A stretch of 62,377 bases of DNA, counting the filler, from Pirum gemmata (taxonomy: Eukaryota), in the NCBI GenBank assembly GCA_002812295.1. It is 19 parts of 19 records of this genome, joined end to end, with 100 filler letters (N's around TTAATTAATTAA, not from the genome) between each part and the next. Parts side by side here need not be neighbours in the genome. Positions count along the whole stretch, not along the records: positions 1 to 3,536 come from PDIN01004079.1; positions 3,637 to 6,559 come from PDIN01004081.1; positions 6,660 to 9,580 come from PDIN01004082.1; positions 9,681 to 12,572 come from PDIN01004083.1; 15 more parts are not named here. One strand, given 5' to 3'. Of the stretch, positions 1 to 10,910 are shown piece by piece. The notes beneath the pieces were generated by a model, which saw nothing but the letters and a program-made list of their open reading frames with translations, did no database searches and was not told where the DNA came from. Position 1 is the first letter of the stretch; every line of letters begins with the position of its first letter. The position numbers and the translations under genes were made by a program.

Positions 1-50
1 CCCCAACCCCAACCCCAACCCCAACCCAACCCTAACCCTAATTTCAACAG

Positions 51-850
51 AAGCACCCTCAGGGAGTTCAAATAGACCAGCTAGTGCGTACCAGGGTGTA
101 ACGTAATATATTTTTACTTCTTTTTTTATTATGGCTGTTATTATTGTTATTAGTAATCTTATTATTATTATTATTATTATTACTAAATGTATTTGTTTCA
201 ATATTTTTATGATTTTCATTGTATAATTTTTTATGTAGTCATTGTTTTTATTGATTTTTTTTCATTAAGCGACATTACTTATATCCTACTCCAACACAAA
301 CTTGTGATAGTATATCTAATAAAACCAAAGCCATAGTGTTAATCATATGTTTAACCATAACTGTGTGACCATAACTGTATAACCATTACTGTATAACCAT
401 AACCATAACCATAACCATAGCCATAAACATAACGATAACCATAACGATAAACATAATGATAAAGATAACGATAACGATAACCATAACCATAATCATAAAC
501 ATAACCATGACCATAACCATAATCATAACCATAATTATAACCATAGCAATCACTATTACCATAACCGTTATCATGACCATGACCATAACCATATCCATGA
601 CCATAACTATAACCATAATCATAACCGTAACCATAACCATAACCATGATCACTAACCTTAACCTTAACTCTTTACTTCACTATGGTTAAGTTCTTCGGCA
701 CCTCCAAGTAAGCCTTCCACTCCGTTACCTTCTGGCCAACCCCCTGCTAAACCAAAAACACCCCCTGCAACAAGGCCTAGGAAAACAAAGTAACTTACTG
801 TTATTATTATTATTATTTATTATTATTTTTTATTATTTATTATTATTATA

Positions 851-901
<51 letters not shown>

Positions 902-3488
902 NNNNNNNNNNNNNNNNNNNNNNNNNNNNNNNNNNNNNNNNNNNNNNNNNNNNNNNNNNTATGTTAATATTATTATGATTGTGATTATGATTATTATTTA
1001 TTAAAATGGTTATTATAATTAGTATCAGTATTATTAGTATTATTAGTATTATTATTATAATTATTATTAGTATTGTCATTATTATATGATTTATAATATT
1101 TTCATTTATCTAATTATATATATACATAACTATATATATAGTTATGTATAAACAGTAGTAGAGGTAGTAGTTTACAAAACAGTTCAATGGAAACGGTTAT
1201 TATTATTATTATTATTATTTTTGATTTTTATTATTTTCATTTAACTAATTATATATATATATATACTTAACTATATATACATATAATATATAATTAAATA
1301 CAAACAGTAGCAAAGGTAGTAGTTTACAAAATAGTTCAATGACAATGGATACGACGCATGAAGATCACGCTGTTGACGATGACTACGAAAAAAATTTAAT
1401 AAATGAGATGAGGGGGAAATTGAATACAGAAAAGAAAGCACAACAACAAGCTGAAGAAGAGAAAAAGAGGAAAGAGGTAAGGGTCAAGGTCAAGGTCAAG
1501 GTTAAGGTCAAGGTCAAGGTTAAGGTTAAGGTTAAGGTTAAGGTTAAGGTTAAGGTTAAGGTTAAGGTTAAGGTAACGTTAAAGTTAAAGTAAGGTTAAG
1601 GTTAAGGTTAGGGTTCGGGTTCGGGTTCGGGTGATAAATTACTACAATAATATAAGATAGCAATGGTAGTAAACGATAATAATCGCAGCAGCAACGGCAG
1701 GAATAATCGAACAATCAAAGTCACAAAAACAAACGCAAGGTCACTTTATAACTGCAATGGGAACTAACATACCTAACCATACCTAACCCTAACGTCAACT
1801 AAACCCACCCCAACCCTAACCCTAACTTAACCCTAATCCTAACCCTAACCCTAACCTAACCCTAACCCTAACCCTAACCCTAACCCTAACCCTAACCCTA
1901 ACCCTAACCCTAACCCTAACTCTAACCCTAACTCTAACCCTAAACCTAAGTAAACAATATCTTTCAACATGTACTGCAAATAGTAAAACAGCTCTGATAA
2001 AAGTACGAAAACACTACAGTTGTATGTAAGGTTTCAATTATATATGTAACGGTATAATAGAAAAAGTAAATTTATTACCTTTTGGTGTTTTATTTCCGAC
2101 TCCTTTTTAATTTTTTAATTTATTTTTTATTTAGAATGAATATGATACTATTCGAAAACTGGAGGAAATGGCTAAAGTAAAGCGTGAACAAAAAGAGGAA
2201 GGTATGTATTTCTTGTTTCTTATTGATTTTGTAATGTTTGGTAATAGGGTAGTTAGGGTTAGGGTTAGGGTTAGGGTTAGGGTTAGGGTTAGGGTTAGGG
2301 TTAGGGTTAGGGTTAGGGTTAGGGTTAGGGTTAGGGTTAGGGTTAGGGTTAGGGTTTAGGTCAGGGGCTGGGTTAGGGTTAGGGTTAGGGTTTGGGTTTG
2401 GGTTTGGGTTTAGGGTTTGGGTTTAGGTTTAGGTTTGGGTTAAGGTTAGGGTTGTGATTTGGGTCAATGCTAAGAGTTTGGATTAGGTAAAGTGAAGGTA
2501 AGGGTTGAAAAAAGAAATAATCAATAATGAATAATGAGCATATTATTTTTATATTGGTAATAAATAATGAATAATGAAATGATAATATGAAATAATAGAA
2601 GAACGACAGAAAAGGGCTGCCGAAAATCATAACAGAGAGATACGAGAAAAGCAAGTAGCCGAAGAACGTCGTAGAAAAGAAGAACAAAGACTAGCAGAAC
2701 AAAGAAGACAACAACAAGAAAAAGAACTTAAAGATCGAGAAGAGGCTCGTTTAGCCAAAGAAAAGGAAATACAAGAAAGAGAAAGAAAAGCTTTACAAGA
2801 ACGAGAACAAGCACGTGTCAAAAAAGAGCAAGAGTTATTAGCTCGAGAACAAGAATTAAAACGGTTAGAAGAAGAACAAATTCAGCGTGAAATGGAAGAG
2901 AGACAAAAATACGAACACGAGTTAAGAGTTAGAGAATTAGAAACAAAAGAGCGAGAGTTACAAGAACGAGAACAACGACTATTAGCAGAAAAAGAACGCG
3001 AATTACAAGAAAGAGAAGAAAGGCTCCGACAAAAAGAAGCTGAGATACAACAAATGGCCAATAGAACTCCTCCATCCACCAGACCAAAACCAAAACCGCC
3101 AATCATTCCCAACAAGCCAACCAGTTTTGGTTCTAATGATAGTTTGAATAGGACTTTTAAACCTCCTCCCAAACCCACAGTTAAACCCACAGTTAAACCC
3201 ACCATATCAGGGGGAAGGCCAGGCCTACCAACGAAGCCAAAACCTACGTCAACTCCACCTTCCAAACCTGCAGCCGCCCCTGCGGAAACCTTTGGACCTT
3301 TTACTTACGATGAATTGGTTAATAAAAGAAGTGAATTAATTAAAAACCCTGCCTTTCAAGTAACTAAAATCGAATCTTACTTGAGCCTTGATGAATTTCA
3401 AAGAATTTTTAATATGCCATATGCTGATTATGAGAAAATTCCACAATGGAAAAAGAACAAATTGAAACAACAAGTTGATTTGTTTTAA
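51..3488 (+). CDS. 5'-partial multi-exon gene: Pro-rich + coiled-coil protein with C-terminal villin headpiece (actin-binding)
   Basis: Exons 51-102, 691-789, ~1308-1476, 2135-2201 and 2599-3488 join in phase via GT-AG introns. The C-terminus ESYLSLDEFQRIFNMPYADYEKIPQWKKNKLKQQVDLF* matches the villin headpiece pattern. Confidence 0.85.
1478..1948. repeat. Intronic hexamer arrays: (TCAAGG/TTAAGG/TTCGGG)n followed by (CCCTAA)n
   Basis: Directly visible inside intron 1477-2134. Confidence 0.9.
2252..2453 (+). repeat. Intronic (TTAGGG)n grading into TTTGGG variants
   Basis: Directly visible inside intron 2202-2598. Confidence 0.9.
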
Positions 3489-3536
3489 TTTTTTTGAATA
3501 TTACAATTTTTTTTGGTTTTAGAGGGAAGGAGAAGG

Positions 3537-3636
3537 NNNNNNNNNNNNNNNNNNNNNNNNNNNNNNNNNNNNNNNNNNNNTTAATTAATTAANNNNNNNN
3601 NNNNNNNNNNNNNNNNNNNNNNNNNNNNNNNNNNNN
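3537..3636. other. Artificial contig spacer N44-TTAATTAATTAA-N44 (first of 18)
   Basis: The identical stop-in-all-frames linker also starts at 6604, 9625, 12617, 15646, 19987, 23008, 26051, 29105, 32148, 35191, 38245, 41258, 46447, 49490, 52503, 55508 and 58513. Confidence 0.97.
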
Positions 3637-4683
3637 TTTGTTTTTTGGTGGCCCTTGCAGGTTTTGTGCAGCAGTTTTGTGAACTTGCGCATTTTCCCCA
3701 TCGCTCGTGTCACAAACTATTGAAGTTGTGTCTAAAAAAGTATAGAAGATTTGAATATTTGTACTGTATTTTTAAAAAAAAAGATACATGTATGATATCA
3801 TTTTTGATTTGTGTAGTTTTACTATATTCTACTCCCTTCTACTCCTATCTACTCCTATGTATATAGTATGTATGATAGACTATATTGATACTATATTGAT
3901 ACAGAACTGATACAGACCTATTTATATTATTGCAAAAAAAATTTAATTATGTGTATTTGAGTTGGTTGGTTTTAGCTATTGGGTTGTTCGAGCTTGTGGA
4001 TTCGAGCCATAAATTGAATTATCACTCGAGTTTTGCTAGATAGATTTTTTCAAATAAATTAACCAATCCAATTTCTGATCTGTTAATAACAAAGGAATGT
4101 AAAGTCACTGTAGGCCACGGGGGGCCAGTTGTAGAACTGTTGTAGAACTGTTGTAGACTAGTTAGTTGTAGGGCAGTAGTAACACTGCCAGAGACTGCTG
4201 ACACTGCAGAGAGAAACACTAGAGAAACCCATTCCAATCAATCATATACACTTATATTAGACTAACCAATACTAATATTAAAAATTAGAGGGAAAAACCT
4301 GGAAAAACAAAATTACTAAAATTATTTTCAGTGTTTTTTATTTGTTTTTCAACAGTATGATAACTGTTACTGTTTTTCAAAGCCAACTTGGGGGGGCTAA
4401 TGAAGTCAAAATAATTATGTATTAAAATATCGATATCATGATTATTATATCATAATTATTATGACATGTCTACTTTTAATTTTAAAAATAATAATTATAT
4501 TGATGGTGTAACAAAGGTAACAATGGTAAATTTAATTTTGCGTCATATCCATATTTGTTATAAAATTACGTTCTTTATATAAAAATAATATGTAGTAATT
4601 TGCCATATATGTCGAAAATGACGTCATATTATTATTATTTATGGAAAATATATATCTCTATATGGAAATATATCATGTGTTTC

Positions 4684-4717
<34 letters not shown>

Positions 4718-4807
4718 CCATTACTTCAGTATTTTCTATATCTAAATTTTGAACATTTTCAAGTAAAATTTGATAGATTTTGTTTTCCCCCAAAGAATTC
4801 AAATGCT

Positions 4808-5220
4808 TTAATAAAATAAAAAGACGGGTTCATCAAAATTTAATGGTGACACTCCGTCAACGCCAAAGCCACAATCAGCAAAATAGGTAGGGAATTGTTC
4901 TCCTTTTTCGTTAGTTATTAATATTAATTCTTCTTTCAAAGCCACCTTTAGAGTATACGGGTTAAATCTATATACTAGTCTCAACATTTTATGCACATTA
5001 TTTCCGGTGNCTCCGTCAACACCAAAGCCACAATCAGCAAAATAGGTAGGGAATTGTTCTCCTTTTTCGTTAGTTATTAATATTAATACTTCTTTCAAAG
5101 CCACCTTTAGAGTATACGGGTTAAATCTATATACTAGTCTCAACATTTTATGCACATTATTTCCGGTGATATCCAACTTTCTATGAGTTTTTCGGTGTTT
5201 TTCATAAGCACATCGAACAA
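4808..5220 (-). CDS. Unknown coding fragment, doubled by an assembly overlap at the single N (5010)
   Basis: Protein-like sequence (GNNVHKMLRLVYRFNPY...FPTYFADCGFGVDG) occurs twice, separated by one N. Confidence 0.35.
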
Positions 5221-5435
5221 TTAGTTTATAGTATATAATTTTTATTTTTCTTTATTTATTATTATTATTATTATTATAGCACTGTAAAATCGGCTATATT
5301 ATTATTTTATTATTATTATTACATATTACAATTATTATTATTGTTGTTGTTCTTGTTCTTGTTCTTGTTCTTGTTGTTCTTGTTGTTGTTATTATTATAG
5401 TTGTTGTTATTATTATAATAAATTGGGTATTAAAC

Positions 5436-5632
5436 TTATGCCTCAGGGTCGTAAAATAAAAAGGTCAATGATAAACACATAATAAGAACTCCAGATATGA
5501 CCATACAACAAGATCCTATCCATTTTATATATAAAAACCAAGAATCGTTTTTGCTTTCGTAAAACATTTTTGCATAACATAGACCTGGTAAAATGTAACT
5601 AATTGCAGTAGAAGCTGTAGCCCCAATAACAC
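5436..5632 (-). CDS. Terminal exon of an amino-acid transporter (Aa_trans / SLC38-AVT type)
   Basis: AG acceptor, then GVIGATASTAISYILPGLCYAKMFY...WIGSCCMVISGVLIMCLSLTFLFYDPEA*. GAT.ST.IS.ILPG plus a final TM helix is typical of this family. Not listed in the ORF track. Confidence 0.8.
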
Positions 5633-6659
5633 CTATGGTTTGATAAAAATAATTAAATTAATAAATAAATAAATAAATAACAAATAAACAATTATAATAA
5701 TAATATATTAATAAAATCAGATTTTTTAAAAAAAAAATGAAAAACATCATAAGACCAACAAAACTTCAAACACTATAAATTATTATTGCATAGGATATTA
5801 AGAACACAACAATAACAATAACAATAATAATAATGATACCAATAACAATAACAATTAACAATAACATTACCAATAACAATTAACAATAACAATAACAATA
5901 ACAATAACAATAACAATAACAATTAACAACAACAATAACAATAACAATAACAATTAACAATAACAATGACAATAACAATAACAATAACAATAACAATAAC
6001 AATAACAATAACAATAACAATAACAATGAACAATTAACAATTAACAATAATAGAAATAATACTAACAATAACACTAACTATAACTATAACAATAGCAATA
6101 ACAGTAGCAATAATTATAACAATAATCAATAAAAATAACAGCAATAATAATCAACAACAACAACAACAACAATAATAATAATAATAATAATTATAATGCA
6201 ACAATAATAATGACAATAATAATAATAATAATACCATACCAATACTAACAGCAATAACTAACCCTAAACCTAACACTAACAATAATTATAAGAATAACAA
6301 CTACAATAATAATAATAATATAACCAACAACGACAAAAAGCAAAAACAACAACAAAAACAACAGTAATAGTAATAGTAATAATAATAATAATAATAACAG
6401 TAATAATACTAATACTAATACTAATACTAATGACAACAATACCAACAACAATAACAACCACAGCCACAACAACAATAATAATAATAATGTAATAATTATA
6501 AAAATGATAACAATAACAATACCAACGATAACAGCAATAATAATAATAATAATAATAATNNNNNNNNNNNNNNNNNNNNNNNNNNNNNNNNNNNNNNNNN
6601 NNNTTAATTAATTAANNNNNNNNNNNNNNNNNNNNNNNNNNNNNNNNNNNNNNNNNNNN

Positions 6660-6693
<34 letters not shown>

Positions 6694-6870
6694 TCATAAA
6701 AAAATTGAAAGAATTGTTTCCAAAAGAATTTCTTCCTTATTTAATTTTTCAAAATAAAATACACTTAATTAAGACCCCCGTCTAGGTCTAAAGTTTTTCT
6801 CAAAAATATGCTAAAATTTTTTCTGTGCTTAGTTAGTATTCACATAGGGATTAAAGTATAACTTTAACTC

Positions 6871-7152
6871 GAACTCTAACTCTAACCCTAACCCTAACCC
6901 TAACCCTAACCCTAACCCTAACCCTAACCCTAACCCTAACCCTAACCCTAACCCTAACCCTAACCCTAACCCTANNNNNNNNNNNNNNNNNNNNNNNNNN
7001 NNNNNNNNNNNNNNNNNNNNNNNNNNNNNNNNNNNNNNNNNNNNNNNNNNNNNNNNCTAACCCTAACCCTAACCCTAACCCTAACCCTAACCCTAACCCT
7101 AACCCTAACCCTAACCCTAACCCTAACCCTAACCAACCCTAACCTTAACCCT
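6871..7152 (-). repeat. (CCCTAA)n telomere-type array, interstitial, with an internal gap
   Basis: Directly visible, with non-telomeric sequence on both sides. Confidence 0.9.
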
Positions 7153-7439
7153 AGAACGGATGACGTCACAATATATTTTTTATTTTTATTTTTTGCTATC
7201 CTCATTTCTCTTTTCCTCTAACCCTAACACCCTAGCACGGATGACGTCACAATAATATATTTTTATTTTTATTTTTTGGAAACCTCATTTCTCTTTTCCT
7301 CTACCGTGCTAGCTAGCCTATACGGTGGTATGGGTTTCTCATTCCCTCTACCTATGGTAAATCCATACAGTTTCTTCTAAAACCGATCCCGAACACTAAA
7401 CGGAAGGATAAATAATAAATAATATAACGATATCAACTC

Positions 7440-8760
7440 CCTAGTAATCGTAGATTTTGTTGCTTTCAAAGTCTAGTTTGAAAACATTTTATTCACTCGG
7501 CTTAAAACACTTTTTTTTTACTACTTTTTACGGCTTTGAAATAAGAGAAAATGCAACCCCAAGAGGCTAGTTGTAACGATGAGAAACGAACGGTTCGCCG
7601 TTTGGAAATGTCCTTCCACCCTGCTCATCAACACTGAAAAACTTTTATTCACACATCTTTTAAAAAAACGATACCAAAAAAATCTTACTACTTTTACTAC
7701 TTCGTAACAAAGAAAAAGCGACCCCAAAGGCCAGTGATAACGATAGCAAACGAATGATTTACTGTTTTGGAGAAGGTTCACTACTCCGCTCTTCAACGGG
7801 TCGTTTTTGTATTTTCTAAGCTCTCGTAATCGCTGATTTGGTTTCTTCCAAAAACGGGTTCGAAAAACTTATATTCGCTTGACTTAAAAAAAAACAAAAA
7901 AACGATGTCAAAAATCTTACTACTTTACTTCCGAGATAGAAAAAAAGCTACGCCAAAGGCCAGTAATAACGATAGCAAATGAATGGCTTGCCGTTTTGGA
8001 GAAGGTCCACCGTTCCTCTCCAACGGGTCATTTTTGTATTTTTTTAAGTTCTCGTAATTGCTGGTTTGGTTTCTTCCAAATCGGGTTGAAAAAATTTTAT
8101 TCGTTTGACTTAAAAAAAAAAATGATGTCAAAAATCTTACTACTTTTACTACTTTGAAATAGAGAAAAAGCGACCCCAAAGGCCAGTGATAACGATAGCA
8201 AACGAATGGTTTACTGTTTTGGAGAAGGTTCAACACTCCGCTCTTCAACGGGTCATTTTTGTATTTTTTAAGTTCTCGTAATTGCTGATTTGGGTTCTTT
8301 CAAAAACGGGTTTAAAAAACTTTTAGTCGATTGACTTTTTAAAAAATGATGTCAAAAATATTACTACTTTACTATTTTGAAATAGAGAAAAAGCGACCCC
8401 AAAGGCCAGTGATAACGATAGCAAACGAAAGGTTTGTCATTTAGGAAAGGCTCACCACCCCACTCTTCAACGGGTCATTTTTGTATTTTTAAGTTCTCGT
8501 AATTGCTGATTTGGTTTCTTCCAAAATCGAGTTTAAAAAACTTTTATTCGCTTGACTTTGATTTGGTTTCTTCCAAAATCGAGTTTAAAAAACTTTTATT
8601 CGCTTGACTTTTTAAAAAATGATGTCAAAAATCTTACTACTTTACTACTTCGAAATAGAGAAAAAGCGACCCCAAGGGCCAGTGATAACGATAGCAAGCG
8701 AATGGTTTGCCGTTTTGGAAAGACTACTACACCGCTCATTAACCGGGCATTTTCTACGTC
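7440..8760. repeat. ~222-bp tandem satellite, about 6 diverged copies
   Basis: Marker AAGGCCAGTGATAACGATAGCAA near 7728, 7957, 8179, 8402 and 8675, with a degenerate copy near 7561. Confidence 0.9.
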
Positions 8761-9235
8761 CCGCAATCGCTTACATGCAGCATAAACAGCTAAATAAAAA
8801 CAACGTAAAGTTAGGGTTAGGGTTAGGGTTAGGGTTAGGGTTAGGGTTAGGTCAGTAACAAAAACAACGACGACAATAACAATAAAAAAAGAGAGTAACA
8901 ACAACAGGAACAACATTAACAAATGGTTAAGGTGTGTGATGGTGGTGGTCGTTGTGGTTATGGTTATGGTTTTGGTTGTCGTGGTTGTGGTCGTGGTCAT
9001 GGTTGTTACATATTGTAATAATGATAATAATGATAATAATGATAGAGATGCTAAAAATGGTAATAAGGGTAATAAAACAATAGCTTCAAAGAGCTGGGGT
9101 AGTAAATAATATAAAAAAGCACAAACACAAGCACAAACACACACAAGTACACACACACACACACACAAACATACACACAAACACACACTGAATAATCATC
9201 ATAAATTTGTTTGTTTCTGCTATATAGTAAGTTAC

Positions 9236-9314
9236 CTCCACGCATGCAAATTTCTGCTGTTCCTCCAAAATACATTTTAACAGGAACCTGTTCAAGTATA
9301 CCTTGCATTCGACC
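9236..9314 (-). CDS. Internal exon, possibly the C-terminal part of a glucokinase
   Basis: TAG acceptor and GTAAC donor. Reads GRMQGILEQVPVKMYFGGTAEICMRG, resembling the KGRM..LL..IPV motif of bacterial-type glucokinases. Confidence 0.4.
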
Positions 9315-9789
9315 CTAATAATAAAACAAAAACAACAACAATAATAATAATAATAATAATAGTAATAATAATAATAATAATAATAATAGCAATAATAATA
9401 ATAGTAATACACTAAATTAATAAAATAATAATTAGTAAGTAATATAAATAGAACCAATTACAAGGACAACATGAACAAAAACAACAGGAATAAAATAATA
9501 ATCGTAACAATAAATAATAACACAAGCAATGACATTACGATATTGACCTCAAACACAAACCAAACCAACCAATCAAAAAGNNNNNNNNNNNNNNNNNNNN
9601 NNNNNNNNNNNNNNNNNNNNNNNNTTAATTAATTAANNNNNNNNNNNNNNNNNNNNNNNNNNNNNNNNNNNNNNNNNNNNAGATAATTAAATATTTGACC
9701 AATAGTCTAATTTAATTTGATCTAATAACTATGAAATGGTTACAAAGGTCTAATTTTCCGAATAATATATGAATTCTAAAATGCAAAAA

Positions 9790-9915
9790 ATCTCAAAACC
9801 ATCCAATTTTTTTTTTTTATCATAAAATATATGATACGATATGTTGAGAATTTGTCTAACTAAAAAAAAGTCTATTATGAACCAATGACCAGTTTTTATT
9901 AATAATTTGGCTAGC
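9790..9915 (+). mobile_element. Dispersed repeat fragment (second copy ~17838-17948)
   Basis: TGAGAATT.GTCTAACTAA...TATGAACC.ATG.C.AGTTTTT...AATAATTTGGCTAG is shared between two contigs. Confidence 0.65.
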
Positions 9916-10728
9916 TAGTTATAATGAGCTAATAAGTTATATAGTGTCGTTTTGCAGTCGTTTTGCCATACAATAAGAGTACCAAATTTTAATTAATACA
10001 ATATAAATCTATTTAATTTAATTTGCTATACTTTATTATCTATTCATTCATTTAAAAAGTATCAATTTAAAGGTTATATATAACTTACCAAACAAATATG
10101 AAGGGGTGACAAAATAAATGAAAAGAAAAATAATAGAAGTCTAATAAATGGTAATTAACCTTGATATTAAATTAATAATAACCGCCATAATTATATATAT
10201 AGCTATAAATATCGACGTTATGAATATACAAACGTGCACGATGCCTTTCATTACAATTGTAAACTCTACTTGAAATTAATGATACTTTTAATTTTAAACG
10301 TCGCGAAATTTTTTAAAAAATGTTTTTAAAAAAATATCTAAATATCAATTATTTGTTTTAACTTAGGGCGGCTCTAGCTAGACTATCAACTAATCTCACT
10401 AATACGATAGGATGAATAAAGTCAAATTATAAAATATAATTTGGTACAAATTAACATATTAATTGGGACCAAATTATATTCATAATTTGACTAATAAAAC
10501 CTGAGTATGTTTTTTGGTAGGTTTTTAGACTGGATTTAGACTATTTACATAGTTAGTTACATTACATATAACAGAGAAAAAAAACCTGGAAAAAAAACGA
10601 CCAGCATGTGTAAGTATGGTGTAGCCTAATAATGGCACGTGAGCGCAAGCTTATGTGAGTGCGTGGGCAAACGTTACCCTTTCGACCCAAGAATAATACA
10701 TAGACTACCAAGTACTAGCTAGACACTT

Positions 10729-10910
10729 GGGAATCATCCATAAAAAGGACGTCACCTAATCTTACCTATTCCTCTTTGTCCAAAACACTTTTGGTCATAA
10801 TTTTCAAGTTCATTTTAATAATTAATTATTGCCTAAAACAGTTTAAGTCACATTTTCGAGCAATGACTTCTATCAAAGAATAAGTGACGTCCTTTATGAA
10901 TGTTTCCTTA
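10729..10910. mobile_element. Small TIR element (MITE)
   Basis: GGAATCATCCATAAAAAGGACGTCAC is inverted to GTGACGTCCTTTATGAATGTTTCC. Confidence 0.6.

Noticed and set aside
386..1079. Hydrophobic ORFs (MVMV.., ITIT.., IIII..) here and at many other microsatellites
   Set aside because: Translations of intronic simple repeats.
4850..5170. Tandem 54-aa protein repeat
   Set aside because: Two near-identical copies split by a single N; typical unmerged overlap of haplotypes.
6871..7152. True chromosome end
   Set aside because: Non-telomeric sequence lies distal to the array, and comparable arrays are demonstrably intronic.
7521..8858. Repeated ORFs MKSGV.NLLQNSK..
   Set aside because: By-products of the 222-bp satellite; frames are not conserved between copies.
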